Shown: positions 47,900-62,171, counted from the first letter of the whole stretch. The stretch is 63,310 nucleotides of DNA, filler included, from Reticulomyxa filosa (GCA_000512085.1; 17 parts of 17 records of this genome joined end to end with filler, not necessarily neighbours in it); one strand, 5' to 3'. Numbers and translations are program-made. The notes: a model not told the origin generated them from the letters alone.

Positions 47900-50800
47900 A
47901 AATTTGTAACATTTGGTCTTCTTTACAATGATGCGATTTTCCTCGACCATTTGTTGATGGCTCTGGTGCATGATTGCCTGGACATGGTTCATTTTGTCTC
48001 GGAAATGGGCTTCCTTGATGTGGATTTGCTCTTGCAGCACAGCGTAATGTTCCCACGTGATACGGTTTTCTAACAGCAACATGTTGGCATTGACTTGAAC
48101 GCACTTTAGCCAAAACTGGATGAGATGTGTCTGGAAAAAGTTGTGTGTTGCGTCCAAAGTTCCAGGGACATCGAATTTGACTTTTTGCAACTCTTGCGTC
48201 GACTGCTTTACGGCAGTGTCATACGTGTTGACATTCATTTGCAGCAATGGGATATTCCCCGTTTCCCTCGCCAATCGATCGACATTTTTGTGAAATAGTT
48301 CTTGCTCAAACTCGTAAAAGCCATGTTTCATGCCATTACACCATGTGTTTATCACCGAGGCATTCGCTACCTCATATCGGGGTATCCCCTCCACATCCGT
48401 GGTTATTGTTGCCAATATGCCGACCTCTTTCACCAAATCGTTTACCGTGGGTTCAAATAAGAAATCGTGCAAGCGAGTAAACAGCAAATGTGCATGTTCC
48501 ATCACGCCGATGCACTCTTCGTTGATCCGCTCATACCATTTCTTTGGATGCTGCAACATGACAATGAGACACTCGATCCATCTCCATGGAACAGCGAGCA
48601 ACAAGCAAAATAAAATGAAATGGAAAACATCTAAACACCATTTGACAAACTCTGTTCCGACCAAAATGTAAAATGAGTCGACCACTCCTTTGTGTTGCGT
48701 CCCTCGAATCATGTTGATCTGTTGAATATCGACATTGAAATGGGCATTGGTTAAATGCAGAATTCCACCAGCATTGGATGCGCAGGCAACCAAATCTCGC
48801 ATTGGCAAAATCAATACAAGTAATACACCAGCTTCATTGTGTTCGACTTGCAAACACAAAGGGACATTGGCTGCCATTCCCGCCAAATTCTTTTGAATGA
48901 CACTTCGTTTCACCTCTTGCTTCAATTGAATGTGAAATTCAATTTCATTACCATTTGCATTGGAATTAATTGCGTCATAATCGATTCCATGTTTATCTCC
49001 AATCGAAATGGGAAGCATACCTTGTCCAACAGTGACAGCTGCATTGCCAAACACGTTGGCTACTTCTTCCCAAAATTGTTCTCCAAGAACAAATATATTG
49101 CATTTGATTCGAGGGGATAATGTAAATGGATTGGACTTTCTCGCTTTGATTTGAAAAGTAGGCTTTCCTTTTTCTGGAAATATCATGGCACATGAAATCA
49201 CTTGCAATATAGCTGGAGTCAATGATGGCTTTTTCATTTTGCTCATCAAACCCAATATCAATACCGGCAATCGGAATAAGGTACATACAATAATCAAAAA
49301 GGGAATTACAAATAACAAATCACGTAAAAATAAAACCAATTGCACACAAGCTGCCTTTCTGCGATCGCTTGCTTTTGGCAGGGTCATCATTTCATGATGC
49401 AATATGGATGCTCTCCAAAGAGTGATATATACGATAATGCCAATGAAAAGGAATGGGATGTCCAATATTGCATTCCATGCTTGTTCATATGTCTCTTTAC
49501 GTCGGATCAGATCGCGTTCGTAATATCGCTGACCAGATTCAAATGTGTTCATATCATATGACTGACAGTATTTTCCATAATTGCGAGTTCGATAGGAGTA
49601 ATCGCAGGTGGCTCCTTGTCTATCTTTGTCCAGCCAAATTCTTCCCAAGTCAAACACACGACACATCGTGCAAATGATTATAATAAAAGATGGAATCGTC
49701 AACAGCACATCCATAATAACCAGTCCTACGTTCATTAGTAAATGCCAGCGCAATGACATCTCCGACTGTGGCAATGTGGCTATTATTATTATGTTATTTT
49801 ATTTTTTTGAGTGAGGAGACAAACAAAGAGACAAAATCGAAACAAAAAGTTGTTTCGTTTGTGGCGAGGATATCAAAGGAAGCCGGTCGTCGCAATGCAC
49901 CTGCTATCAGTGGAGTAGTATCAACAGAGGGAACAACGGCTACATCTAAATCGATTTTGATTTCATTTGATATTGATGTCTCATCTTCTGTGTCTGCTAG
50001 CAAAGCTGTGGCCAAACTTTTATCGACATTTCCTCCTTGCTGTGTGCAATTACATAGAGCCTTTTGCTTTACGATTGTGTAAGTACACACGCCAGCTATG
50101 GACAACTTGCAGACACCACGGAAAAAATCGATAGCACGTGATGATAACAAAGATCAAGACCCAAGAGAATAGTGTAATGTCAATTAACAAGTTCAAGAAA
50201 TTGGAGAAAATGGACCAACGAATCGCGTTCATTCGTTGCTCCGTCCATTCCTTCGTATCCGATATCAAATAAACTGACTCAATGGCACGATACACTGAGC
50301 CTAAGCAAATCAGAAACATTGCCAAAAATAACAAATCGGTAAATATGAATACAAAATTTCGATACATTGAAAAGCGCAATGCCCAATTCGTTGGAGATTG
50401 GAAGTTGCCAAAAGCATCGTTTTTGTCCATGCACGTGTATAAGTCGCGAATCACCCAAGGGGTGCGAATTAGCGAGCACAATGCAATTAAACCTGTCACA
50501 ATTGCAATCCAATCCACCACAACCAATCCCAAACTGATGAAACAACCAAAACGCCAATTGTTGTAATTATCCATCACATAATCTTCCTTAAACGCGCCAA
50601 ACGAACGAACCAATGGAATCAACCTCGTGAAAGGACAAAGGATGGCCGCAGCCACACCAGCCACAAGTGCAAACCAATCCATTAGTCCTGGACCCAAGTT
50701 GGATAATATATCCCAACGTAATTGTGTATTGTATTTTAAATAGTCATTATAACTTTGATACTTTTCTTCTCTTTCTTTTTCATTGCCATTTTCGTCCTCA

Positions 50801-51203
50801 TCTTCTCCTTCTTCGCTCTTACCACTCCATGCTCTCTTCACGTTTTGGGACATATCTTTGCGTTGCCAATTCTGTTGGATCAATTTGGCAATGTGATAAT
50901 ATCGAGTGAGCATTATTAATAATGGAATTGTGCAAATCACAAATAACCAATCACAAATACCGAACACCAAATTCATCATTAGAGCCTCTCGTAAAACATT
51001 ATATTTATCATTTTTATAGCTATCCCAATGAATGTAAAAACATCGACAAAAAGCCATCAGTCGAAATGGCATAATAACTACGGACATTATTCCACATAAT
51101 AATGCAATCCAATCAAAAATGCCAGAGGGGATACTGGACAATATTTCCCAACGCAGCACGGTGTCATATTTCAAGTCTTTGTAATAATAGCCAAAACGTT
51201 TCT
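47900..51203 (-). CDS. Large multi-pass membrane protein with ~10 internal hydrophobic repeats, partial
   Basis: 374-aa and 677-aa ORFs plus a linking segment. Repeated R-x11-12-D-hydrophobic-R units. Confidence 0.75.
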
Positions 51204-51303
51204 NNNNNNNNNNNNNNNNNNNNNNNNNNNNNNNNNNNNNNNNNNNNTTAATTAATTAANNNNNNNNNNNNNNNNNNNNNNNNNNNNNNNNNNNNNNNNN
51301 NNN

Positions 51304-51343
<40 letters not shown>

Positions 51344-51399
51344 ATTGTTATTATTGTTATTATTTTATTATTTTCAAAAAAAAAAAAAAAAAAAAAATG

Positions 51400-52090
51400 C
51401 ACCTGGACGTAGTAAATTCAATATGATACAATATGACAGCTTCTTTCATTTTTCCTCCACCAACATTTTCGGCCATTTCTTTGATTAGATCATTCATTGA
51501 CGTCCCTTTCATCAACTCGTATTCGGTGCTGTCCATTTCCAAGTCCGGCAGACTCTCCATATGCTTTAGGTATCCTCGCAACGTACCCCCGTTGCTCCCA
51601 CCCTCACTCCCATTCCCATTCCCATTCCCACTCGTCTCGCCTCCATTTACATTGATCGGCTCCACGTTCTCGTGAGGGGGCTCTTCGTTTCGAACAGACG
51701 ACTCTTCAATCGTGTTTGCGTTGGCTTCTTCGTCTGCGCGTATCAACTCTTCCAATGTCCTTGCTTCCACTCGCGCTGTCAGTCTTCGATTCGCTATGTG
51801 CTCTGCTATGTCTCGACTGAATGTCACTTGTCGCACTGGCACACGTGCTCCTGTTTGCTGATCTTCTATGTATAACACGTCTTTCTCGTCTTCAAAATGC
51901 ACTTCGCCTCGTATCTTCGCTTTTCCTTCTTTCTGCGGCTTGTCCGATTCGCTTATCGACAATGAATACTCAGAGTCATCCTCGTCTAGCCCGTCTTTTG
52001 TTTTTGTGTCTTCTGGTTCTTTATCTAAGATTTCGTGATCTTGGTCTTTACTGTTTTGCTCTTCCTCTATTATTATCTGCGTTTGTTGTC
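51400..52090 (-). CDS. Acidic low-complexity protein fragment
   Basis: 200-aa ORF ending at an AG|GTGCA donor near 51403. Further coding-like sequence lies upstream. Confidence 0.5.
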
Positions 52091-52767
52091 CATGTAGGAG
52101 GGGAGGGGGTCATTTTTATTTTCTTTAATATGTAATATTATATGCATACCTCCACTGGATTTATATCCATGGAACCCCCATACAATATATTTGGTCCAAT
52201 GCTTTCCTCATTCATCAATACTCCAATTTCTATTGTCCTTGTCAGGCGATGGATAATTGTCTCTTTCCAAAAATGTTCTGTGCTTCAAGACCCTGCAACT
52301 AATGTGCGCAAGACAAAATACTGCAGTATTCAACAAATATCAACAAATGAACAGCTTCAACCATTTTTGTGAGGATATACCTGCTAGCGTAACACAAATG
52401 TAATTTTTCCAAGCTATCAAATTTTAATGTTTAAATTATATCCATCTTTTGATAATATTGGTCAAAGTTTTGTTTAAAAATATTTGGTTTGTGTAAGGAT
52501 GAACTTGCCATCTACTTTGCACTGTGATGTATTCAATTAAAAATAAATTTGAAAACGACTCCTTTGGAAAAAATTTTTAAAAATGCTGATCAAACGTTGT
52601 CAAAGCTTGATTAATTTGAAACTTTACAATCAAAAATTTGCATTTTGGAAAGATCCACAGACCATTGTTACATGAACAAAATATGCTTTGAACTTTTGTC
52701 GGGTTCAAAGAGATGTTTATTGTTAATTATTGACATGACTGCAAACTTAAAACGATTTGAAAACGTG

Positions 52768-55104
52768 TTACTTTTTCGGGGAAAGAGGATTTTCTTGAAA
52801 GTTGTTCCGTTGTTTTAATTGTTGTTGTTCCAGATATCTTTTCACATGGCCGACAGATAACATTCGCAACACACTGTGATTGTCCAGCTGATTTTCTTTT
52901 AATGTTTTTCCGCAATCCAATTTGCGATTTCCAGTGAATAATACCATGTCGCTGCTGTCTGCGCCGATTATTCGAGGCAAGGTGTCCAACAATGTCTGCA
53001 ACCGATCGTAACATTTCATTTTTACTTCAAATACTCGTTTATTGTATCTCACTTCTAATCGCATTGTACTGGTGTTTGTTGTGTCAGTCAGAGTTTTAGT
53101 TTTTTCCAAAAGCTTCTTGAATATTTGTCGGCTGACACCATTTTCATCGGGAGTGTTACCACTATCATTCGACGCTGTTCCTACAGCATTTGTTGTACCA
53201 GATCCCGCTTTTTCATCGGCATTGTTTACATTTTCTACGGGGACAAGATTACACTGGTTTTTTTCAAGTTCACCAAGTTGTGCGCTTTGTTTCTCCATAA
53301 ACTCATGAATCCACTCTGGGACTTCGTGAAACTCGGGATTCGCTTGCTTCAACTGTTGGTAAATGGTAGAACTTGGCAAATGTACATTTTTAAACCGCAT
53401 CTTAGCAGCTGCGATAGACATTCGGATGAAATCATCTTTTCTCTCAATAAATGATGCGGGGGATTTACTAAAAAAAAAAAACAGGTTTTAAAAAAAAACA
53501 AATTATTACTACAAAAAATTTACAAAACGGAGATGAAAAGCGTCGCCCAGAATTTGGTGAGAGTGTTTCACTTTGTTCTGCATTCTTACATTCATTTGCT
53601 AAACATAACGAATTCTCTCCTCCGTCATTGTTTTCAGTTAGTTGTTTTTGATTAGATTCAACATCTCTTTGTGAAGCTGAATCTGCTATTTCTTTTTTGT
53701 GATAGCATTATTTTTGTTATACACTTTTTTTATAATATCATTAAAAGGTGAGCAACAAATTTTAATTGTTAAAAAAAGAATCAAAAGATGTAGAGCCAAA
53801 AAATACAGAGCCCTTGTTTTTCAGACACTCTGCTTTTTATTTTCGTGATTATTTTACCTTTAGCTTCATTTTCACGAACATAAACAGAGTTTGGACTAAA
53901 TCTCATCAATTCATCTTCTTGAGTATGCAACAAATAGTCTTGCTCTTCAATAATTTTTAGATACTTTTCATTTTCCATTTTGTAGATGCTGCATTGGTTT
54001 GTCAAACTTTCAAACTCTCTTTGATATTTTTCAGATATTTCCTCTTTTTTTTTAACAGCTTCTTCAATGTTTTTGTTCAAACCTTCATTTTTTTCTGCAT
54101 AAATTCGCAGCAAATCATCTTGTTTTTGAATAGTGTCGTTGAGCTGTTCAGTTCTTGTTTTTTCTTCACTTAAATATTTTTTCAATGTGTCGATCTCGTC
54201 ATGGCTTGCACAAATGACCGGACGGACATCCAAATTGTTATTACTATTTATATCATCGGCGATTGCATGTTCTTTGGGTTTTTTCGATAGCTGATCGTCT
54301 TCTTCTCTGTCCCTTTCTGTTTTTGCCACTTGTAATTGCTTTTCAAGTAACTGACTCTGAAATGAAAGCTCTTCCAGTTCCTTTTGTTGAGATTTTAATT
54401 GATTTCGACATTCTTCACATTCTTCTTCTCCTTGTTGTGTCTCTTGTAAAGAAAGTTCTAATTGTCTGAATTAATAATAACAACAACTAACTCGAAGTTA
54501 CATGGAAGGTAAAAAACGTACCTTTCAAGCTCTTGAATTTGATCATCTTTTTTTCGTAAAATTTCCACTTGCATTTTTATTCTTGAATTGAGTTCGTCAT
54601 TTTCATCTAGCAGTTGTTTTCCAAAGTTTCCAGCAGTTTCAAGAGTATATCTTTTTCTTTCAATCGAGTTCGAAGATCGTTGTTTTCTGCTTTTAAATTA
54701 TTGATTGTTAAAATAAACTCTTCTTTTCTACTGTTTCTCTCAGCCGGTGTGGTCGAAAACAATTTATCTGTTTGATATGAATCAAAAATAGTTCCGATAT
54801 CATCATCTATTGACGGTGAAATAATTTCTACTTTTAGTTTCGAATTTTCCATTTTTAATCGAAACAGGCTTAATTGGATAATTCGAGATTTTTGATGACA
54901 ATCAGATTTTGAGATGTTGAGTTGTTTTGTGATAATTGTGAGCAACCATTGCAGTTTTTATTGGCTTATTGGAGTAAAGTAAAAAATTTTTTTTGGATTA
55001 AATTTGGCACAACTACTGTTTTTGAGAGTAAGGATTACAATCGTAAATTGTTGTGACCTAAAACTTGAGAACAAATTTTTTTGAGAACAACAAAAACGTT
55101 TTAT
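52768..55104 (-). CDS. Coiled-coil protein with C-terminal ubiquitin-like domain, multi-exon
   Basis: Coiled-coil exons at 53781-54945. The last exon reads MRLEVRYNKRVFEVKM...MVLFTGNRKLDCGKTLKENQLDNHSVLRML, a ubiquitin-fold pattern. 5' boundary uncertain. Confidence 0.55.
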
Positions 55105-55308
55105 GAAAAAGTTGAGCAGTGAATCTAACCTTGGATTTATGGAAATAACGGATTTTTTAAAAAAGAGAGAGCAGAGAAGAGAATGGTGTAGATCAGTGTT
55201 CGCAAAAAAAGTTTTGATGAAAGCCAGCACCGAAATATTTTAAGATCAGACCACAATCGTGATAAAAAAAAAAAGAAAAAAACAAAATCATGAAAAAAAA
55301 ATAGCAGA

Positions 55309-57319
55309 TTATTTATTTTTGACTTTTTTACTCCATTCTTTGTACTTTTTGAAACTGTGATATGTAACCCCAGCAAGTAAAGCAGCAACTCCAACCCCAA
55401 CAAGAATTTTGATATCTGTGTTCATGGAACTCCAAGTGGACCAAAGATCTTGTTTGTCCTCCTGAGTCTCAAACGTATATGTTTCTGTCACGCCAAAGGT
55501 GACCCCTTTTTTTTTATGTGTCGTATTGTCATGGTCATGGCAATGTTGATCGTGATCATGAGGTTTGTTTCTCTTTGGCTGTTTGAGCAAATGTGTTCGT
55601 ACTACATGGGTTTCCACACTGCCAGACGTTTTAGTGTCTTCCTCCTCCTCCTCAGCAGCATCAATGTGAATTGCCGAACAAGTTGTTGTACTGTCGATCA
55701 ACTTGTCTGTGACCGTGAAGATTTCTTCCCCAATGGAACTTAATTCGAATCCAATCGGCAGCTGTTTGGGATGCAACAAAAGAGGTTTAACCCTTCGTCC
55801 ATAGCGTAAAAGCTGACTCAACCATGGTTTCCCGTTGGATGATTTAGTTGCATATAGTCCATGAGGAAGATGGATATTCCATAGAATCAATGAACCTTTT
55901 CTTTTTTTTTTTATTAAACACATACGTATATTGCACTCTTTTTAAAAAAAACCGTTGTTTTTTTTATTTTCTCCCTCATTCCCCCCCTCCCCCCCCTCAA
56001 AAAAAATGTATACATATACAAACATAAATACCTGGCGGGACATTTTTGAATAAAATTGGTGATGAAATCACTAGAATCAAACAAATAGGAAGTTCCAGGG
56101 ATTACAGTACCATTAGCACGTTGCTTCCACCATTGTCGCCGCACCTTTTTTTTGTGGAAGCCGGGAATGCATTGCAGTCCACCAGCATTGTCAATGTTAT
56201 CTTCACCGACGACAAGTGCGCCTTCGACAATGCAGTGATGTTGGTCCACAAACGCTTGAAAGCCACGCATGGAATAGTGTTTGGCCGAAGGGTTACAATT
56301 CATGAATAGGCAAGACGTACATGCAGCAGCAGAAGTATTCGTGTGCTTGTGGGAAGAGGGTACATTCGATGTTGGATTGACAAACCAATACGAATCGATA
56401 TTGACAGATAACAAATCATTTTTATGCAATGGGGTTTCGACTCGCTCTAATGTCAACTCGAAATCGTCTGTAAGAACTGCCCACGTCTTTTGCGTGTTGT
56501 CGCTTTGATGCTTTATTTTTTTGAAAGTTTGTGATGACAGTATGGCTTTGACCACTTTGTAAATGGCTTCGTTTTGTCGATTTTCACAAAATTGTAACGA
56601 TAAAACTCCTCGCATTCCATTCGACGATTTCGCCATTACTGCTGCGTTATGCAAACGATCACCATTGCCATTGCCATTGCCATTGCTATCGCTATCACTT
56701 TCGCCTTGATGGCTATTCCAATCTGTCTCCATGCATACGTCTCCATATGAAAATGCATTTTGATGATGGTCCACACATGACCAAGTGCTTATGTCGTTTC
56801 GATCCAACTGATCAAACGTCGATTCCAAATGAGACCAAATCTCATCTTGACTCTTCTCACATTCTTCATTTGACAACACATTGTCAATCACTACTATCCC
56901 AAATGTGTCGAAAAATTCAGACACTTCCGACATTGTATCCCGTGCCTTTTTTCTAAACTCATTTTTTTTTTTAAATATGTTTATTACTTGTTCATTTTTA
57001 TTATCTCACAATTATATATAAACATATATACACATATATTCATATTTATATGTTAATATATATATATATATGCTTTGATTAGATTTGTTTTGCCATTGTG
57101 TGAACCAACAAACGCGTCTTTTGACATAATGTCGTTTGCATCAAATGCTTTAACATAACGATGTTGATCCAATGGCAACCTTGGTAGCGATGCTGAGTAA
57201 TCAACTGTTGTTTCTTTGGTGTCTTCGTTTCTATCATCACTCTTCTCGTCCATATAAGTCTTTACTATCTCAGCTGTGTCTTTCTGTTCCTCCAAGCTCA
57301 ATTGCTGCTCTTTCTCCAT
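55309..57319 (-). CDS. PhyH/2OG-Fe(II) dioxygenase-like protein with C-terminal membrane anchor, 3 exons
   Basis: FFDTFGIVVIDNVLSNEEC, GGLQCIPGFH and PAR/KGSLILWNIHLPHG. The tail ILVGVGVAALLAGVTY is followed by basic residues. Confidence 0.75.
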
Positions 57320-57761
57320 TTTTTTGGTATTCTCTTCTATTTGTCTTTTGTTTATTTGGTGCGTGTCTCTATGTGTTTCTGTGTCTGTTGTGCTCGACTA
57401 TTTTTAACTTTGTTTTTAAGTCACTTCTTGTTGTGTATGACGACGCTACTTGTGCATTTGAAGCAGAATGACTTTCTGATGCTGATTTCATGTGCAAATC
57501 GGAAGGAAATTTTTCATTCATATCTTTGCTTGGATACGTAGTTTGCATTTTACATGATTAGTTTTTTACAAAACAAGACAACAAAAAACTCTTCAGAATT
57601 AGAAAAGAAGAGCTCAGTTTATTATAGTTGCCTAAGTAAGTATTTGCAAAGTGCGAAGGATAATCTGGCTACTTTTTTTCTGCAAAGGGCTACCTTACAG
57701 TTTCTACAGCGTTAGAGGAAACAAAACGGGGAAAACAAAAAAAAAAAGAAAATCATTTGTC

Positions 57762-60700
57762 ATGTCCGGTTTAACGCAAGAGCAACTGTTTGGGATTGTG
57801 CCAAAAAAACCCCACCGCCACCACCACCAGCAAATGCATCTAAAGAAAACGAAGAAAAAAAAGAAGATCAAGACGAAAAAGAGCAAAAACGACAAAGAAA
57901 CAGACAAAAAGTAGGGATTATTTGTGGGTTGGGGGAGGAGAGAATAAAAAACAAAACAAAGCAAAAAATAAATAAACAAAATGAAATAAAAAGTGTGTCG
58001 AAGAACTGGTCGAAACAGAACAAACGTATTGTGACCAATTGACAGTATTGACAGAGCTGTACGTATTGCCACTAAAAAACAATGGAATACTAAAAGAAAA
58101 TCAACACTCGGTATTGTTTCCAGATATTCAAACTATTTCGGGATTGAATCAAAACCTGTTGTCAAGTTTCATTGTGAAAACAATCGTGCATTGAATCCAC
58201 ATCGCTACACTTCTTTCAAAACGGGTCCAATCTATCCGACAAAATAATAAACATACACACAATACAAATAAACAAAAGCACTAAAAGAAAAGTTGAAATC
58301 TTGGGATAACTCAAAGTCTAGAATTGGTGACGAATTTATCAAATTTGCGCCGTATTTCAAAATGTACCAAAAGTTATGGCAAAAAAAATGTGGTATATAC
58401 ATATATATATGTGTATAACTTGTATATTATATTATAATTATAAATGTATATATGTATATATATATATTTTTTTTTTATTTTTTTAAAAAAAAAGAAGGGT
58501 CTTCATTGAATGTTAGGTCCGTGCGAACAAAAATAAAAGAAAGAGTACAATAATACATATGTAAGCACAAAATATAAATATATATAGTTACGTTAATAAC
58601 CATGAAAAAGCTACAAAGGTCCTGGAACAATTGGGAAGCTCAGAAAAGGTATCACGTTACCCCTTTATATGTATGTGTATAACAAGACAATATAAACAAG
58701 GAGAGAAATAAAAGAGAATGAACTCATAGTTGATATCCGTTGCCTTTTTTGCGAAGAAAATACACAAAACAAAACAAAAAAAACCAAACAGTTTCAACAA
58801 TTTTGTACCCAACAACAAACGAATTCGCGAAGCAAAGGTCTTCCGTTGGCGAGCTTTTTAATTCTTCCCATTCAGCGTGTGCCCCGTTATGAACTTTGTT
58901 TTCGAGTTATTTATTTATATTTTGTTATTGTTGTGACTGAGGTTAGAAGGACCAAAAAAAAAAAAATTTTTATAATTTGTTCCTCCCCCTCCCTCCTCTC
59001 CTTCCCTTTGGTGCGCTCTCGAACAGGAACTATTGAAATTGACCAACGAAGATCATCCAGACTACAATGACATCCAAAATACATTGAAGCAAATCTCATC
59101 GGTCAATATGACGATTAACACACGCATGAAAGATTTTTCGTCGAGAGAGCAGGTGAAGCAAGTTGAACAGCGATTTGGAGGTATGTTTGAATGCGAGTGT
59201 TAGATTTTTTTTTTTGAAGGAGATTACGTATACGAAACGACATAACAGGAAGCCTCTAACCACGTGAACAAATGAACACTCGATAGGTGCACTGCAATTA
59301 GTCTCGCCAGCTCGACATTACATTCGAGAAGGTTATTTGAACAAAGTTTGCAGAAAAAAGGATCGCAGATACTTGTTCTTTTTGTTTAGTGATTTGATGT
59401 TGTATTGCACTCAAAACGCAACGGGAAGACTCTCCTTGAATCAGAGGATCCCTTTGATCGCCATTTCCGCATTGAAGATATCCAAAACAATCGCAAATAC
59501 GGCAGCTTGTGTTTTGAGATTCATTCCACCGTCAAGTCCTTCTTGGTCGTCGCCGAAAACTTGGCCGAAAAAAATGGATGGGTGGAAGACATAAAAGGAT
59601 GCGTTTCGTATTCTCTTTTTTTTATACATATATATGCATATATTTTTTTTTTTTTTTTTTTTTTAAATTAAAAAAAAAAAACTAATAGTTAAACAAGATG
59701 TTGACGGTGTTTGAAGCGACACGTGACTCAGACACAGGCTTCAAGATGACCGCGCCTGTGTGGTTCCCTGATGACTTTAGCGAAGATTGTATGAATTCGG
59801 CGTGCATGAAACACTTCACGTGGACACGACGTCGACATCACTGCAGATACTGGTTATTACCTACATATAATATATTATGCATATGTACATATACGTATAT
59901 ATCTTATTGAGAAAAAAAAAAAAAGGAAATAAGTATACAGTACACACATCATACGTGAATACCTTGTGTTCTTTGTTTCAACGCACTTGTCAGTATCATC
60001 TACGACATGCGTGTTTTGATATGTACCTAACTTTTTCTGGCCCACCACACAAAACTGACGTTTGTGTTTGTGGATGGCTCACATGACAAATAGTGGCCGA
60101 CTAGTGTGCGGTGAGTGCAGCTCCAACAAATTGCCCAATCGAAGTAATGAAGAGCAAATCGTTCGTGTTTGTGATATATGCTTGTTAAGTCGTTTTTTTA
60201 TTTTTATTTTTTTATTCCAATCTTTTTTTTTTTTGTGTGTGTTTGTATTTGTACATATTGTGATTTGACCTCACTTGCTCTGTTTTTTTTTTTGTTGGAT
60301 AAATACTACTGTTGTAAGCCGTGACAATAAGGACACGTTCCCAGATTTGGAAGAGCGTCTGAAAGCCAAAAGTTGGTTTTCCACTGGAGGCAGGTCGCCA
60401 AAAGCCCAGGACGACAATGAGGAAGAATGGGACGATGACTCGGACAAAAGCGATGGGGAATCCGGTGCTCCGGCGCAAGAAATGATCGGTGTCCCACCTC
60501 GCTCGCCGTCGCTCCGGAAAATATCCCCTCGACGTTCGGATAATCCCCAGAGCATTGCAAGCAAGTTGGGATTGCAAAGTGAAAGTGCTAGAACCTTGAT
60601 CACACAAAGTGATAGGACTTTGGCCACACAAAGTGATAGGACTTTGGCCACACAAAGTGATAGGACCTTGATCACACAAAGCGATAGAGTCTTGGTGACA

Positions 60701-61307
60701 CAAAACGGCAATGCAAAGACCAATGACAGCCCTGCTCGGAACGAATATCCGACGTACTCTTTGTCTGAAAAACGCGTATCACAGAACACATTCAAACGAG
60801 TTCCACCGCCACCTAAAATGGCTGTGCAACCCATCAGTAGCCGTCCCTTACCACGAGAACCTTCTTTGCCGCCACCCAATCAAGATGATGAACCATCAGG
60901 TTTTTCATACATATATCCATATATATGCATATATGTATATGTGTATGTATGTATATGTGTGCCAAGAAAACGAAAAAGAAAAAGAAAGAGAGAAACTTCA
61001 TGAAAAAGCCCTGTCTTTACCTCCTGGCTTGGACCCAAATGTTAGCGCGTTCATCATGGACTTGGATCGTAAGTACAAATCTACAATTGAGGTAATGCAG
61101 GGAAAATTGGAGACGGAGCGCAAAAAAAATGGAGAACTCCAAAGGCAAGTGAAGGACTTGAAAGAAGAAAACGAAAGACTGCGCAAGTCTAAAGTCGATT
61201 TGGTAACTTGGGCCAATGGAGAAATCAACATACTCAAAAAGACAATCAAAAACCAACAAGACGCTACTCCACAACAAAACACAGATCAAGCGGAACTTGA
61301 TGATTAG
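57762..61307 (+). CDS. FGD-like RhoGEF (DH-PH-FYVE) with Pro-rich region and C-terminal coiled coil, multi-exon
   Basis: DH: IGDEFIKFAPYFKMYQ, YVNNHEKA, FLILPIQRVPRYEL. PH: YIREGYLNKVCRKKDRRYLFFLFSDL...NGW. FYVE: WFPD...RRRHHCR, GRLVCGECS, VRVCDIC. One-base homopolymer frameshift at ~59452. Confidence 0.9.
60587..60706 (+). repeat. Coding tandem repeat, 5 x 24 bp (DRTLxTQS)
   Basis: GATAGGACTTTGGCCACACAAAGT-type units, in frame in the RhoGEF. Confidence 0.9.
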
Positions 61308-61912
61308 CGGTAAAAATGCACCATGATTTGTTGCCTTATATCTTTGTTTTTTTTTTTGTACAACAAAAAAAGGATAAGTCAAATTTTTGAAGGCCAATAA
61401 TCGTAGGGGTCAAATGGTGCATGTTTAGGCAAGCACGTATATACTTTCCTTTTTGGAAGATTAAATTTGTAAATTTCCAGCTTTAATCTATTTTTGAATT
61501 GTGGCAATATTACGAAAATATTAATGAGATGATACAATCTCCAACGAACATATGTTCATTAATTTGAATTTTCATGATAGTTTTTTTCTATGACAAAAGG
61601 TAAACAAAGTTTCAAAACGAAGAAGCTAAACAACACAACATATATTTATGAAAGCTTTAAACACGTAACAAGCCACAGCATAAATAATTGTCTAAAATAT
61701 AGAAAATTATATTACGAACAATAATCTGCTAAAATACAACATTTATAAACTATAAATTATATGTTAATTAACAAGCAAAACGTAATTTGAATTGATTTCT
61801 CATGTTTACTGGTAACTAAAAAACGTGAACGAAAGTTTTAGCTACCCTTCACAAACGCAAACTGAAACGCTTATATCTTTCAACTCCGAGTATCTAGTGT
61901 CAAAGTTCAAAG

Positions 61913-62171
61913 ATGTCTCACGAATCAAAGACAGCAGTTAAAACCTAACTAACTGAAGATCTTTTGTTATGAAAAACGTAAATAAGACGATGTGAAAAAC
62001 CGATAGGAGGGATTGTTGTCAAAAGTGAAACAACGAGACCCAAACCAATGTGAATTTATTGAAGCAGTACAAGAAGTATTGGACAGTTTAAGTCCTTTAT
62101 TCGAAAAATATCCAAAGTATTTATCAGTAGTGGAAACAATATGTGAACCAGAGCGAGTAATTCAATTCAGG
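61913..62171 (+). CDS. gdhA: NADP-specific glutamate dehydrogenase, N-terminal exons
   Basis: MSHESKTA/EGLLSKVKQRDPNQCEFIEAVQEVLDSL...EPERVIQFR, the conserved GdhA N-terminus. Confidence 0.88.
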
